Shown piece after piece: positions 12,811 to 26,680 of a stretch of 64,000 bases of DNA. How positions within the stretch are numbered: the stretch's first letter is position 1; each line of letters begins with the position of its first letter. A program made the translations under genes and the position numbers. Under the pieces are notes generated by a model, which did no database searches, was not told where the DNA came from, and saw nothing but the letters and a program-made list of their open reading frames with translations. The stretch is taken from NCBI GenBank assembly GCA_028534125.1, contig CM052816.1, positions 63,056,001-63,120,000 of the forward strand, read 5' to 3'. Source of the DNA: Lama glama (taxonomy: Eukaryota).

Positions 12811-14031
12811 TTAAACCATGGAAGTTCTAGAAGAAAACATAGGCAGTATGCCCTCTGACATAGTTCTTAGTAGTATTTGTTTGGATATGTCTCCTCACGC
12901 AAGGGAAACAAAAACAACAAATGCAACTACATGAAGCTAAAAAGCCTTTGCACAGCTAAAGAAATTATCAACAAAATGAAAAGACCACCTACTGAATACA
13001 GAAGATATTTGCAAACAATGTATCAAATAAAGGGTTAATATTCAAAATATCCAAAGTACTCATACAACTTAACATCAAACAGAGAAACAAAACAATTAAT
13101 AATGGTCAGAGGATTTGAATAGACATTTTTCCAAAGAAGGCATACAGATGGACAATAGGCACAAGAAAAGTTGCTCAACATCACTAATCACCAGGGAAAT
13201 GCAGATCAAAACCACAGTGAGATATCACCTCACACCTGTCAGAATGGCTAATATCAAAAATACAACAAATAACAGGTGTTGGTGAAGATGCAAATGTAAA
13301 TTAGTGTAGCCACTATGGAAAACAGCATGGAGGTACCTCAAAAAATTAAAAATAGAACTTCTATTCAATCCAGCAAATCCACTTGGGCATTTGAAGAAAA
13401 CTGAAACACTGATTTGAAAAGATATATGCACCACTATGTTCACTGAAGCATTATTCACAATAGCCAAGATATGGGAATGGAACTTCAGTGTCCATCAGCA
13501 GATATTCTTTGATAAAGATGTGGTATTACTCAGCCATCAAAAAAGAATTATTGCCATTTCTGGTAATGTGAATGGACCTAGAGGGTATTATGCTGAGTGA
13601 AATAAGTAAGACAGAGACAGACAAATATTGTATGATTTCACTTATATGTAGAATCTAAAAAACAAAACAAATGAACAAATATAACAGTATTGAAACAGAG
13701 TCTTAGATACAGAGAACAAACAGGCAGTTGCCAGGGGAGAGAGGGTGAGGAGACAAGAGATATAAATAGCTAAGGGAGATTAAGAGGTACAAACTTCCAG
13801 TTATAAAATAAATGAGTCAAGAGTATGAAATGTTCAGTGTGGGGAAGGTAGTCAATAATAATGTAATATCTTTGTATGGTGGCATATGGTAATTCGATTT
13901 ATCTTGGTGATTATTATGAAGTGTATAGAAATATTTAATTACTATGTTATGTGCCAGAAGCCAACAGTATTGTAGGTCAATTATACTTCAAAAACAAACA
14001 AACAACTCATAGAAAAAGAGAACAGATTTTC

Positions 14032-14178
14032 CTTAAATGTACCATACTAGTGCAGGGTGTTAATAATAGAAGGAACTGGGGAGGGAAGGAGTATGTAGTA
14101 ACTCTTTGCACTTTTTGATCAATTTTTCTGTAAATCTAAAAATGCTCTAAAATATAAAGTCTATTAATTAAAAAAGAA
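14032..14178 (+). mobile_element. L1MC-like 3' terminus
   Basis: aaatgtaccatactagtgcagggtgttaataataag...caatttttctgtaaatctaaaaatgctctaaaatataaagtctatt. Confidence 0.75.
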
Positions 14179-17100
14179 GTGAATAATCTGATTTGACTTC
14201 TTGCCCAAAGGAAAGTCATTCTATCCCTACAAGGAAATAAGCTACTTGAGTCAAAAAGTCAACAAGGAAGACAAAGCTCTACTCAAGAAGTAGACTTAAA
14301 TTTGCTAATATGGTCAAAACTACATAACTTAAACCTCTAAATTATATTTTAAAAAGCCAATAGGACTCTGAAAATAGATGACTTACCTTTGATTCTCCTA
14401 CATTGTCAGCATATGAAAAAACTGCTTTACCCTAAAGGCCTTTGCCTTACATCTACCCTCTAGAACTGGGTAAGACTGTGTGCTGAAAGAAAGGCAGACC
14501 TTGTAAATAGTCATAAAAGCAGCAGCCGTGTGCACATGGCATGCTGGGATATCCTCTCAGAAAGATCGGGAAAAGCAGAGAGTAGTGTAAGATTGAGGCT
14601 AAGGATGAAATCACTGGACAGAGTACCCTAGTGCAAATTCTAAAGCCCCGCATACTATAAATAAAGACTGAGCTAAATATTGACACAAGAGGTAAAATCG
14701 TGTTTTGGGCATTGTATGGGGACACAGACATCTCAATAACAGAATTGGTCAAGTCAGCTGGGGACCAGAAATTGTCCAGTTCAGGGAGAGGCTTACTGAG
14801 AAAGGAAAGGAGTTGGGGCTCTATCCCTACATACCAGAGTTTTAAGGACAGGTTCAAGTTTCATTAGGACCTAGAGTGGAAACCAGTTGCCATGGCTCTG
14901 GCAGTGTGCCCATCACATGAGTGGAAATTGAGTCTGTAAGTCCAACCTCGTCATAGGGTTCCCTCCCTACACCTTCACTAGGCATTTTGTGGACATTCAA
15001 GACCACAGTCTGATGGGCAAAAAAGCTCATGGTACTCTATAATATTTTGTCCTCAAAACTGATTTTGGAATTAAGAGGAAGTGAGCCTACAAGTAACAAG
15101 TCTCCAGTGTATCCTGCTAGGTTGAGCAGAGGTAGACATTTTCTGAAATACCTGATAGAAGCAGTAAGTTCTAAAGTGCGGAAGCCCTTGCCGGAGCATA
15201 CATAACCGTGGGGCTTCTCCACAGTCAGCAGGGAGCCCAACAGCACTGGGAAAGATGGCTCTGCAAAGGCTGGAAGGCTGGGAAAAAGGAAGTTATCCCC
15301 AAGAGACTCCCCTTTAATGTCATCCCTCCCACATACACTTAGAATTGTTTGCAGACACCCTGACTCTTTTCGCCTGGAACTCGGGATCCCAAGATCATCT
15401 CTCTGTTTCCATTGTCCTTCTGAATCCCAACTATTCCAACTTCACTTCTCAACTATCAAAGCCAGTTCAGAAGGGGGAGTTCAAGGTACATGCTAAACAG
15501 GGTCTAAAGGGAGTACGTGCACATGTGTATCTGACAAAACTTACATCTCTAACTAAATATGATAGTGTTCCTAAATATGGATGAATAGAATAGGAAATAT
15601 AAAACACAGCCATTATGTTTTGACAAGTCATTTCCAGGCCATGAGAAGCATCAAAATTAGCAGTTTCAGATGCCAATCAAGGAGCTTCCCTCCAGAAACA
15701 ATACACATCAATCAGACTGGTGAGTTTTCACAATCATACTATTTTACAGGGCCAAAAGCTTACTAAATTATAGGTGTATTTCTTAATTCAATTCTATATA
15801 AATATCCCCCAAACCAGTGCTTTCCATCAAGCGCAATCAATACCTGCTTACTTGACTGAGTCAAATTGAATTATTTAATTGAATTGGCTTGGACAAAGTA
15901 AATGCTCAACTAATTTATTTTTTGTATTGATTCAAGAACAACTTCATGCTAACACACAATAAAGTGTTTTTGTACAAGCAAAGGCTTCAGGTTATCTGAA
16001 ATGACCTGTAAAAAAAATAATAATCATCAAGAGTTGATAGTATAGTAAATGACTGAAGGCAGGGCTCTACAATCACAGGAGAAAATGGACTGAGCAGGAA
16101 ACTCTCTTCTACATTCTTCTGAGATCCGTTATGTGAGTCTTGGAGGTTTCCACTTCAGGCACCCACATTTTACAACACTCTCATTTAGTCTGCCTGGTGT
16201 AGCATAAACTTGTGTAACATAGAACATGTAAGGGTGAGGCTGTAACTAAGGAAAAAAACTAATAAACAAATATACAATTCAAAAATAATACATTTGCTTT
16301 CAGCCTCTGTATCTTGGTTCAAAATTGACTGCAAACAATTAACCCAGTCTATACACAGTCTATAATAGTTTACTGCTCAGCAAATTTGATGATTATGCCT
16401 GTATTAATCAGGGACAAAGCCTTGATATTCAGGTGATTGAATTAAGTATTTGATTAATCAGGTAATAAGTGATAAATTAGGTCAAAGAGAGGTGATAGAA
16501 TCTTTGTATCTTCATTCATTTTTCAACAAATTTTTTTAGCACCTACAATGTGGCTTATAATTTCATGTCTCCATTGTTAACACAGTTTCTATAAAATTTT
16601 TGATATTTTATAAATTGTTGCCAAATGAAGTTACATGAACATCTGTAATTGACCTAGGTCATAGTCATTTTTGTGATTCCCTTGTAAGGTTAAAAAAGCA
16701 TTTAAACAAAGAAAGAACACTTCAGAACATTATAGACTAATTCATTAGCAGATTATGTTAATGCTATTGCCTACAGCTGACCCAGTGGAGTAATTTTTGG
16801 TAATTGTGCTAGCACACAAGAAAGGAAAAAATTATTGAAATGTACAAGTCCATTAAAGTTTCAGAAAGGCACTGGAAGCCTTTTATATTTTATAGACCAT
16901 GTAATGCAAAATTTGATTAGTTCAGCACTAAATTATTCATGTTCTATATAACACTTCATTGAAATAACAAAAATTTCACCTTGGATAAATTTCAATCAGC
17001 ATTTTCTAATTTTAACAAATAAAAAGATTATCAAAGACACCAAGTATATGCTGTGCTAATAAGATGCCACCACATACAAGGATACCTTAGTTAATGAAAC

Positions 17101-17399
17101 TCTGGACACAAAGATTTTTTTTTTATTATTAATAGTGAAGAAAATTGACTTTAACTCCAACAACAATCAACAGTCTTTATAAATCATGCAAAGGCACCTT
17201 GGCATAGTTCATGTGGCTCAGGCCCAGAGATGCTCGTAAGATGCATCTACAGATAACTGTTCCTGACATAATTACACACACATACCAACACACGCAGTGT
17301 TACAGGTGCACTAAGCAAAGAAAAACCGGGAAGCTTCCAGGGTTCTCATCTTTTCCTTCCCTAAGCAAGCACCCCTCCCCCATCACCTGTCATGAATTC

Positions 17400-17780
17400 T
17401 CTAACTCTTTAAATTTCTACCAGTTAGGTGTGACCGTATCACTGAGTTCTAGACATTGGAATAAATATCGATGGAAATATGTGCCATTTCAAGATCTGTA
17501 CCCTAAAAACATCCACATATGTCCCTCACTGCCTTTTCCCCCTTTATGGCTAGCGGAAGTAGAGATGCCCCTCCCACTCCTGCAGAGACCTCAGAAGCTA
17601 CACATCAAAGATGGCAAAGCTTCCTTGGGTAGCTACATGGATGAAGGCCGCCATGCCAATCTGGGCAAACACGCAGTGCTCTTACCAAGAAATAAACCTC
17701 TTCTGGTTTGACACACTGTACACAATGGGATCTATCTGTTGTAACAGTCAGCCTCAGCCACTAAACCACTGTCTAACAAG
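17400..17780 (+). mobile_element. MaLR LTR (MLT1I/J-like)
   Basis: agttaggtgtgaccgtatcactgagttctag...aagaaataaacctcttctggtttg...gttgtaacag. Confidence 0.65.
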
Positions 17781-18469
17781 TAGAGATCTAAATCTAGTCA
17801 TGCCCACCAGCTTTTAGTATTCTCTGGGTCTGCTTCCTTAGAGGGCACATTCAAAGAGCTAAAGCAGCCCTAGCCACTTGAGATACTTTTCCCCTGAGCT
17901 CTGAAAGTAGATAGACTTATGCCAGATTTAACCTGGATTTTCCCATTGTCAAGTCTAAATGCTCCCTCCAGACCTCCTCCCCAATATCTTCCCCATTTTC
18001 CCTGTCCAACCACAGACCAATTCTCTTCACCCTCACTTCCAATTTAAGCCCTTGTTTTGTTTTGTTTTTTTCTGCCCTAGGACTTATAGATATACTGTAT
18101 ACTTTTGACCCTTTGGCCATAATTTTCATTATTACCAGCAATGTTTTACTGGCCTCATATAACCCGAACAACTGGTAATGTTATATGATATACTTTAACC
18201 ATTCTTGAGCTTGTCTGAAGGAAAATAAGACATTCCCTCTACCTCAGCGTACATCCCTGGGTTACGTGGTACAGTGAAGAAAGAAACAAAGCAGAGTGCG
18301 CAGCTAAGCCGAAAGGAGGGAGGAAGGAGTGATCAGGGTTGGATGGGAAATCCAACTGGTTCAGTAGATGACAAATTATCAGCATCCCATAGTTAATGAT
18401 ATTTCCATGGTTTTCCTGCTCCTGTACATTCTTAAAGATGATAAGCCAACTCAGGTAAGCTTTAGCAAA

Positions 18470-18730
18470 TAAAAATTTACAGAATATGTATTATATGCCA
18501 CAAATTATCTTAAGGGTCAAAAAGGATACCAAGAAGTAGAAGAGACAGTCCTTTCCCCCTGAAGGCTTATGGCCTAATTAGGGACACAAGATTATAAGCA
18601 TTTATGTTACAAGACAGTATATGATTAAGTGCCAAATTACATCATGCAGATAACACAGGTCTCAGGTGGGTCAAAGATGGAGGAGATCAGTGTGGACTGC
18701 ATCTGTCAAGACACATTTCAGGAAGCCATA
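18470..18730 (-). mobile_element. L2 LINE fragment
   Basis: gagacagtcctttccccctgaaggcttatggcctaa...tgattaagtgcca...ggagatcagtgtggactg. Confidence 0.55.
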
Positions 18731-19759
18731 GGAAAAGCACACAAATTGAGCCAGATCTGATTTATCTTTTCCTGTATGCTAAGTGGCTTCTCTTTGCCTC
18801 TATTCTGTTTGACAGCATGCATAATGTGATCAGGTGCCAGAAACTAGAAAGCCTCCCCTCTGTTAACAGATAGAGTCTACCTAAAATGAGAATGTCAGAA
18901 CTTCAGAGGGTATGAGCTCTATCTGGCTTTTGTCTTCATTATGAGTTCTCCTCTGGGCAAAAGCTATAAAAGAGCACAGCACTTACACAGCTGAAACATA
19001 ATGAAATCACATGTTTTTAAAGGTCAGGATGCCAGAATGCAACATAACTATTGTGTTAAACTCATACTAAAAAAAAAAAAAATCAGTAACCTTAAAGTCT
19101 TTGCAGAAAATTACAATTAAATGCTAGATAAAATGGCATTAAAAGTCCTTGAAAAATGTTATGAAAAATGGCATTCTAAAAAATCCAACCCCACCAGAGG
19201 TTTAAGGTCAAATTCCTTGCCTCTAGGGTCTTCCATTTTCAAATAATTTCCCTTTGGGTTATAAAGCCTGACTTAGCACAATGTTTCAGATCAATAACAG
19301 CTCAAAGAGTCAAATATAAGGATCTAAGTGGAACTGGAGGAATTACAATCTTTAGCTTACAGCTACCCATCTACTTGGACTCTCCCAAAGTATTTGACTT
19401 AGAACGTATTTCATTTGGCTGGCTTGCTTGTGAACCCTGAGCTCTTTCCAGTGGAGCCTGTAGGATTTCTCAAGAGGCAAAAAGTGACATTTGAATGCCA
19501 TTAACACACTCAGTTTGTGAACTGTTAGTGGCAGAACCCAAAGCTTAGAGGTTGATCTCTTCAATGGTTTACCAAAAATGGGTTATCAAAAAAAGGGGAC
19601 ACTGTTTATTTTTTAAAGCTTCAGATTTTAAGTCAAACATTCATAATATTATAGTTATTATTATTGGTGTTATGTGGTTACTATATCAAAGACTATTTGT
19701 CCTTCATTTAAAATTAAATTACACAAAACTATGCCTCATCTCTACTAATATCCTGAAAC

Positions 19760-19890
19760 ATCTTGCTCCTTTGAGCCTTCTCACCAGGCTCGCACAACCT
19801 GACAAACTCCTACCTCTAATTCAAGAATCCGCTAAAAGCATCACCTCCTTCTGGAAGCCTTTCCTAGCCCCTCAGGCAAAATGAGACATT
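19760..19890 (+). mobile_element. L2 LINE fragment
   Basis: aaactcctacctctaattcaag...catcacctccttctggaagcctttcc. Confidence 0.55.
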
Positions 19891-20431
19891 CTAACACTTG
19901 TCGAATTAATTTATGACAACCATACAACTAAGGCAGAGACCAAGACCTGCAAGTGTGAAAGTGCTCATTAAATTCTTTCCCATTCCTGAAAATGATGAAA
20001 GTGACAAAAGCACATTGCAATGCAGAATGTACTTCCCAGCATTTTCCAAATATTAAAATCCTACTTCTAAATTAAATGCATAAGGTGTGTAGCCTTCCCA
20101 TGAGTCTGTCACCTAGATGAAATCAAATGCTGCTACTGTCACTATTTCTTTCTGGGGCGCTCTTTCTTCCATTCTCATGATACCTTTTCTTGGGTGCAAA
20201 GCATTCTTTCACAGTAGATCATGGGATAGAAGTAGCAAAGTGTTTAAAAACTTACTGTTCCCATTGCTCCATACTACTATATATTTTATCTGAATTCAAA
20301 CGATCCCAACATGGATCAAAATGTCCATTTCTAATCCCACATTTTTCCTTAACAAAAATACACCAAAGATTGGGAAATACATAAGACACCAGCACAAGTT
20401 TATGCTGATGTGGCTATAAAGAGCTTCCCAG

Positions 20432-20712
20432 GACTTCCAGTTCTGCCAACTTATGCCAGCTCCATTCCACCTAATTCTATCCTCTTACAATGAAAACACC
20501 ATGGACAAAACACAACAAGCAAGCAAATGATGATGCTGAAAGCTGGAAAGAAGAAGGCAGACTGCCTAGGGGCCTCAGGAACAACATGGCAGGGAGTTCC
20601 CTGGGTTTGCTTAGTGCCTCCCTGAATATCCCAGATAGGGCAATGAACCCCCAACTCAGAGCTACTAACAGGCACAGATTTTTTTTTAAAAAGCTCCAAG
20701 AAAAATCTGACT
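20432..20712 (+). mobile_element. Old L1M 5'-UTR fragment
   Basis: gacttccagttctg start; ggaaagaagaaggcagactgcctaggg...gagttccctgggtttgc...atatcccaga. Confidence 0.6.
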
Positions 20713-20876
20713 ATACCACAGTATTGTCTATATACAGTTGTTTATTCTGGAGAAGACATATGTGTCTATTCATGTCTGAAGAACTGCTGACACCCAGAAA
20801 ACATCACCAAGAACGTGGAAGTCAGCCCTTCACCTCCTACTTGAGAAACAATTATAAAGTATGTTTCTGTCTAGAC

Positions 20877-21065
20877 CAATAGTTCACAGACTCTAGCTTT
20901 AATCACAATCTGCTAGAGGACTGATTGAAATAAATTGCTGGAATTCACCCCTAAGTTTAACTCAGTGTATCTGGAGTGGAGTACAAGAATTTACATTTCT
21001 AAAAAATTAATACCAATATAATACCAAAGGTAATACCTTTGATATGATACATTGGTCTGACTATG
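20877..21065. mobile_element. MER5A-like hAT-Charlie MITE
   Basis: ttgctggaattcacccc...actcagtgtatctggagtggagtacaagaatttacatttctaa. Confidence 0.6.
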
Positions 21066-22439
21066 CAATGCTCAACTGAACTGTAATGTTACAGTTCTCA
21101 CAGAGATAGTATAATTTAAGCTAAAATCCCAGATACAAATGTACTGATAATAGAGAACTGTATTCTGCGTCTATCATGCAGGAAACAAAGACATAGTCCT
21201 CTAAGTGGATAATATTGTTCGCCTAGAAGGTAGAGACTATTTCCACTGTCAATCATTTCAACAAGAGAGAGGTTTGGGAGCAAGAAGGGAATATAGAAGG
21301 CAAGCCTTAGAATATAAAATATAGTGACAGTGGGATGTTTCTTCCCTTGGGTACCACAGCTCTTGGAGTCTGAATATAGGAAATTATAGAGATAAATCCC
21401 TAAAGTCATGGAGGTTAGTCTTCTTTAGAAAGCTGAGTGAGTAGCACCAGAGTCTGGGGAAAAGAAATAAAAGCCGACATTCTGGAGTTAAGTAGTTGAT
21501 TCCAATGCAGATAGAGGGCAATGGTTTTGGATCTGTGAAGTAACAATAATACATAACTGATCCTGTCTCAGCACTTCTGAGACTGTCAGGAACCATGGAA
21601 GTAACTTATAAGACAGCTGAAATATGTGTACAATAAAGATCACATGATGTGGGAAGCTCTGGGACACTCTTAACCAAGCTTAGCACTAAGGGATTATCTA
21701 TTCTCAAAGATCCGCCATAGTCTCTGCAGGAATCTGGGTCATCCAGGCTTTATAACATCAATGATTCCACGCTAGTTCCAGGACAGAGCAGGATTAAATT
21801 CAAAAGTCACACCACATGGCAATCTATTTGAGGGCAGTAGATTGGTAAGACCCTGAGGTTCATTCTTATTGGTGAGAAAATGTGAACTGCTTTGGGGCTG
21901 CATGAAATTCTGAAGTTCTCAGGCAAATGAAGGGTAAGGGGAAACCCCATGAGGGAGCATCTAGGTTTTCTGATAAGTTGGGTACTGAGTGATTAATTGA
22001 AAAAAATACGGAGACGTGACCAAATTGGTCTTCTGAATTAGTGGAGCATTTCATACCAATTACAAGTTTGTTGTCAAATTCCCTCTGGCTGGTTGGTTCA
22101 TTGGTTAAATCATGAGGCCAAGAAAGACTAGAGAGGAGATTTAATTTTGCACTTGAATGGCTGATTTTGTTCATGATCACAGACTCTAGATTCCTCCTCA
22201 ACACTGGCCAGGCATTTTACAAAAGGATGGTGACAATCCAAACTAGGAACTTGAAGAGATCATGGCTGATGAGTGTAAATTCATTACCATGGCTGGAAAA
22301 AAACAGCTCAAAAATGTGCCAGAGGCTAGTGGGCAGTTGTATTATCTTGGTATTCCAAAAAATACAGCACTATACTAAACAAGCAGAATTCCAAATTGAG
22401 AAATGCCATTTTGACTCTTACAGAGACCCTTGAAACTCA

Positions 22440-22560
22440 TTCAACAGATTTATTATGTTTCAGATACTGCTATGCTAAGGGCTTTCCTGTGTTCTCCATT
22501 TACCCCTTATAACAACCACATGAGATAACTCTTATCCTCCAATTACAGATGTAAGAACAT
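22440..22560 (-). mobile_element. MIR fragment
   Basis: cttataacaaccacatgagataactcttatcctccaattacagatg. Confidence 0.55.
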
Positions 22561-23074
22561 CTGTAATTTGACTGCAATTTGAAACTTTTTTCCTAAAAGA
22601 AAAAGAAGGGTCTGAGTTCTCATCAGATGGTGTTATCAAAGTTTTATCTTTTTAATACGGACCCCATTGAGTCCAATCAGCACAAAAGGCATGAAACGAT
22701 CAGGCTCAGAATTTGGTCAAACTGGCTTGTGCACATGGAATTATAAATTAATATTCTGCCTGATGAATCCCTCTGGGACTCTCTGGAGTAGTTTAACCTT
22801 AGGTCCCCAAACCTATGTATGAAATTTACCTGGAAGAATGTAAATCTGTATCTGTTAACTTCTCAAGTTTCTTCCTGATACACAGCCAAGTTTAGAAACC
22901 ACCAGTTCATTCTGGTCTTTATCCCAAAGAGCCAGAATAAGCAAACAGGAAGAGAGGGCCCCAGGGGGTGCTACAGCTTTTGGTAACATAGCAGAAGTGG
23001 TAGGCTGAAAAGCCCTCTTGCTTTAAATCACATAGATATTGGGTAGACTGCCACAAAGAGTTTTGTTTCTGCAT

Positions 23075-25070
23075 TTTAAAATTTTTATGGGAGAATAATA
23101 AATAAAGTAAAGTATACAAATCATAAGCATAAACTCAGTGAACTGTTAACAACTAAACCAAGTCACGTAAACAGCAACTGGAACACGCAGCAGAATACTA
23201 CACACATCCCGGAAGCCAGTCTTATTCTCGCTTCCTGTTACCGCCCTAACCCATTCCACCCCAGGGTAACCACTGCCTGATTTAAACTAGCACAGATTAG
23301 TTTTGCACCTATATAAATGAATGACACAGTATATCTTTGCTCTCTAGCTTCTTTCGTTGTTGTAGATGGTTCAATCTTACTGCTGTATAGAATTCCACAA
23401 TTTATCCATTCCATACAACAACTTAGTTATCCATTCTATGGTTGAAGGACATTCAGCAGTTCCCACTTTTTGGCTTTTTACAAAAAGTGCTGCTATGAAA
23501 ATTCAGGTGAGTAAGTACATGAAACAAGTACATGAATATATGTACATTTTTCTGTCAGGTATATACTTAAAAGTGTAATTTCAGGATCACAGGAATACAT
23601 ATTTCAGTTTGGTAAATGCTGTCAGTCTTACAAAGTGATTGTACTGATTTATGCTCCCATCAACAGTATAGGAGAATTCCAATTGTTCCATAAAAGAGTC
23701 AGTACTTAGTATTTCCTGCCTGTTTAATTGAAGCAAACTCAGTTTTATAGTGGTATCTCATTCTGGTTTAGATCATCATTTCCCTAATGGCTGATCAAGT
23801 TAATGTCCTCGTCACAAGTTTTCACATCTTCTCCCATTGCTTAGGTTGCCTTTTCACTCTCCTAATGGAAATGATAATTTGATGTACAAAAATTCTTAAT
23901 TTCAACAGAGTCAAATACAACAACCTTTTCTATTCTGTTTTGTGTGTCCTGTTAAACATTTGTCTATACCAAGATGAATAACATTTTCTTATATTCTTTA
24001 TTCTGAAAACTTCATGGTTCCATCAGTCACAACTGGATCTTTGAATCATTGCTACTTTGAATAAAATCTTATGTGTAGCATGAACAGTTAAAGTTTATTA
24101 TATATAGTTGATCTAGTACAATTTATTGAAATTACCATCATGTCCCCCACTGAATTTCAGTAATGCCTTCATTGTAAATCAGTTAGTTACTTAGGTATAA
24201 CTATTTCTAGACTATTTTTCCGTTTGTGTATTTGTCTGTCTTTGCACCAATATCACACTGCCAAATAGTATGCTATTATAGTAAGTCTTGCAATCTCATA
24301 GTCTAAGTCCTCCTACATAGTTCATTTTCAAGATATTCTTGGCTCTTAGAGGTGCTTTGCATTTTCATATAAATTATAGTACCAGGTTGTCAATTTCCAC
24401 CAAAATGAAAGCTGGAAATCATATCAACATTACATTGATCTCAACTGGTCAACTTGTGTAAAATTAAAATGTCAGTAATATTTAATAATTCAATCCATTA
24501 ACACAGAATACTTCTCTATTTAGATCTTATTAATTTCTCTTATATTATTATATAATCTCTTATATCTCTTATAAAATTTTATAATCTTCAGTATAAAGGC
24601 CTTGTACAATCTGTGTTAGAATCATTCTTATTTATTTTTGCATAATGTTACAGATTTCATTTTCTATAATTTGATGCTAGCAGGTAGCAATAAAATTAAT
24701 TCTTATATATTGACATTTATCCAGCTGCTTTGCAAAATTTACTTGCCAGTTCTAATTGTATATAGGTTATGTTGGATTTCCTATGTACAGCATTGTATAA
24801 TCTATGAAAAAGGACAGTTTTACTTTGTTCTTTCCAATGCTTGTATCTTCTATCTACTCATTTTTATTTTTCTTGCCCTATTTCACTGGCTAAGGCTTCT
24901 AAGAACAATGTTGAACAGAACGAGTAACACAAGGAGGTGAGCTTCCTTGTTATGTCCCTGAACTCAGGGAGAATGTGCTCAATATTTCACCATTAAGTAT
25001 AACATTTACTAGTTTTTTGTAGCTATTCTTTATTATATTAATAAAATGACCTTTCACAGTTTCTGAAAGT
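23075..25070 (-). mobile_element. Old L1 (L1ME-like) 3' part
   Basis: Reverse 3' UTR (cccagggtaaccactgcctga...cacagattagttttgc) followed by antisense ORF2 (tttgcaccaatatcacactg, ccttgttatgtccctgaactcagggagaatg). Confidence 0.8.
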
Positions 25071-25074
25071 TTAC

Positions 25075-26100
25075 TCTCAATAGAAACTAAGCAAAGAAAC
25101 TTTTAAAGAAAATACAGCAGAAATAAATAAGAGGAGTCTAAAAGAAAAGACTAAAATGCAAGAAGGATAAGTACAGAAATTGGAAAATTGGTAAATATGT
25201 GGGTTAATGTAAACAAATTCTTAATTTAATTAAATTTTAAAGTAATGTCTGCTCTCTGGGGGTTTAAATAACCATAAATAGGACTATGGCAGTAGCTTAA
25301 TTTTGAATCTTCCTGTTTCTACTGCAGGAAGCAAAAAGTAATAATAGAATACATTCATAGTCTCTGTAACCCCCTCTCATTTTCAGAGAAACTAGACTCA
25401 GAAAAATCAACCATCTCTGAAATACATGTAAATGATGCCATAACCTAAGCAACGCCAAAGAAATTCTAATGGTGCAACAACAAGGACAGGATATCTGAGA
25501 AGTTCCTAGAATATTAAGCAAATTTTATTTTCTGAAAGAAAAGGCTTCTGTGACAAAACTGATGTGAGAAGGGCTGAGATGTAACAAAGTTCTAACTTCA
25601 CTACGTGGAGAAAGAAGTTAAAGAAAGTGCCCAGGGGAGCCGCAATGAGTGGCTCTCAGAAGACACACCTTTAAAAGTGAGTCGTCATTCTGGCAGGCAA
25701 CGGTCCCCTGAGGATAGTTGTCTCTGAGCCAGCCTGTGGAACTTGGCAGCCCCAGGAGGTGCACTATCAGTCCTCCCAAGCCAGACTGAATTCTGAGATT
25801 CAGAGGCAGCCCCTCTACACAGAAGTGCCACAGTCTGTGGAAACAGGTTGCAGCTACAGCAGTACAAGAGCTTCTGAGCTGAGAGGTTTGGAAAACCACC
25901 CAGCTGCTCCCTCCACCACCTCCCACAGAAACGTTCTGCCAATAATCTGATAAAATCCAACTCAGTCACCTTGGAGTAATGACAAAAATATATTCAATCA
26001 GATGTTATCAGAAAAAAGAGGGGAAATTAGCAGCATTTTTACAGATAATGGAAATTCACCAGGAAAATGTTGATGCAAAGCCAATAAAAAGTATAAAGCA
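25075..26100 (+). mobile_element. Probable old L1/HAL1-related fragments
   Basis: L1ME ORF1-end-like aattggtaaatatgtgggttaatgtaaac...gtaatgtct...ggggtttaaata, followed by 5'-UTR-like sequence; subfamily uncertain. Confidence 0.35.
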
Positions 26101-26440
26101 GACTTCTGGCTTCAGCTCTGACATGTAAAGTGTTTAGAAGACATTACTTCTATCCCTATATAATAGTGAACAAACTGAAAATCAAGGATTTTTCTTTAAA
26201 TTATTAGAGAACTGAGGCTGCAGTGCATATCACCAGGATGAAATATGGAGAGTCAGGTGCATCCAGAGAGATACAGCTCCTGAGAGATGCTGACTTGGAG
26301 CAGACACTGCTGAATGTCATAAGCTAGTATAAACATTAAAATAATAATTTCAACAAATTGCTAGAGATTGAATGTGAACTGGTTTGAAAGTGAGATGTAT
26401 CTGGGGACCATAGTCATTGGGGAACCCCCATACACACTTT
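26101..26440 (+). mobile_element. L1MC/L1MD-type 5'-UTR fragment
   Basis: gacttctggcttcagctctgacatgtaaag...tgaacaaactgaaaatcaag...agagaactgagg. Confidence 0.65.
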
Positions 26441-26680
26441 AGTAAATAAATTAATATTTATTGTATAAATATTGTTAAAATAAAAAGTCATGGAGTACAA
26501 AGTTCACTTGAGGTCTGATTACTTTTAGAACTTTTAGCATAAAAACATTTGGTAACAAATATTTTGTGTTACCATAAAATAGTCTATATGAAGTTAAAAA
26601 TTAAATTTAAAATATCATGTTTCTATCATAACTTTACAGTTATAAAAAGCAAGGTTTATTACAGCCATTAATCCTGAAAA

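Larger units (their letters stand above)
8641..14028 (+). mobile_element. Large decayed artiodactyl-type LINE-1 lacking its 5' UTR/ORF1: inter-ORF spacer, ORF2 pseudogene and partial 3' UTR; hosts a nested L1 and a SINE
   Basis: Endonuclease residues in ORF 9155-9394 (KMKTVTRDKE.HYI.IKGSIQEDITIVNIY.PN); RT motif [14 protein letters not shown] at ~11913; C-terminal [10 protein letters not shown] and KDICTTMF; many stops and frameshifts. Confidence 0.93.

Noticed and set aside
8980..13660. Functional reverse transcriptase or active L1
   Set aside because: No 5' UTR or ORF1, many stops and frameshifts, two insertions and internal deletions.
17211..17711. 166-aa ORF
   Set aside because: Runs through an MLT1 LTR and resembles no known protein; a chance ORF.
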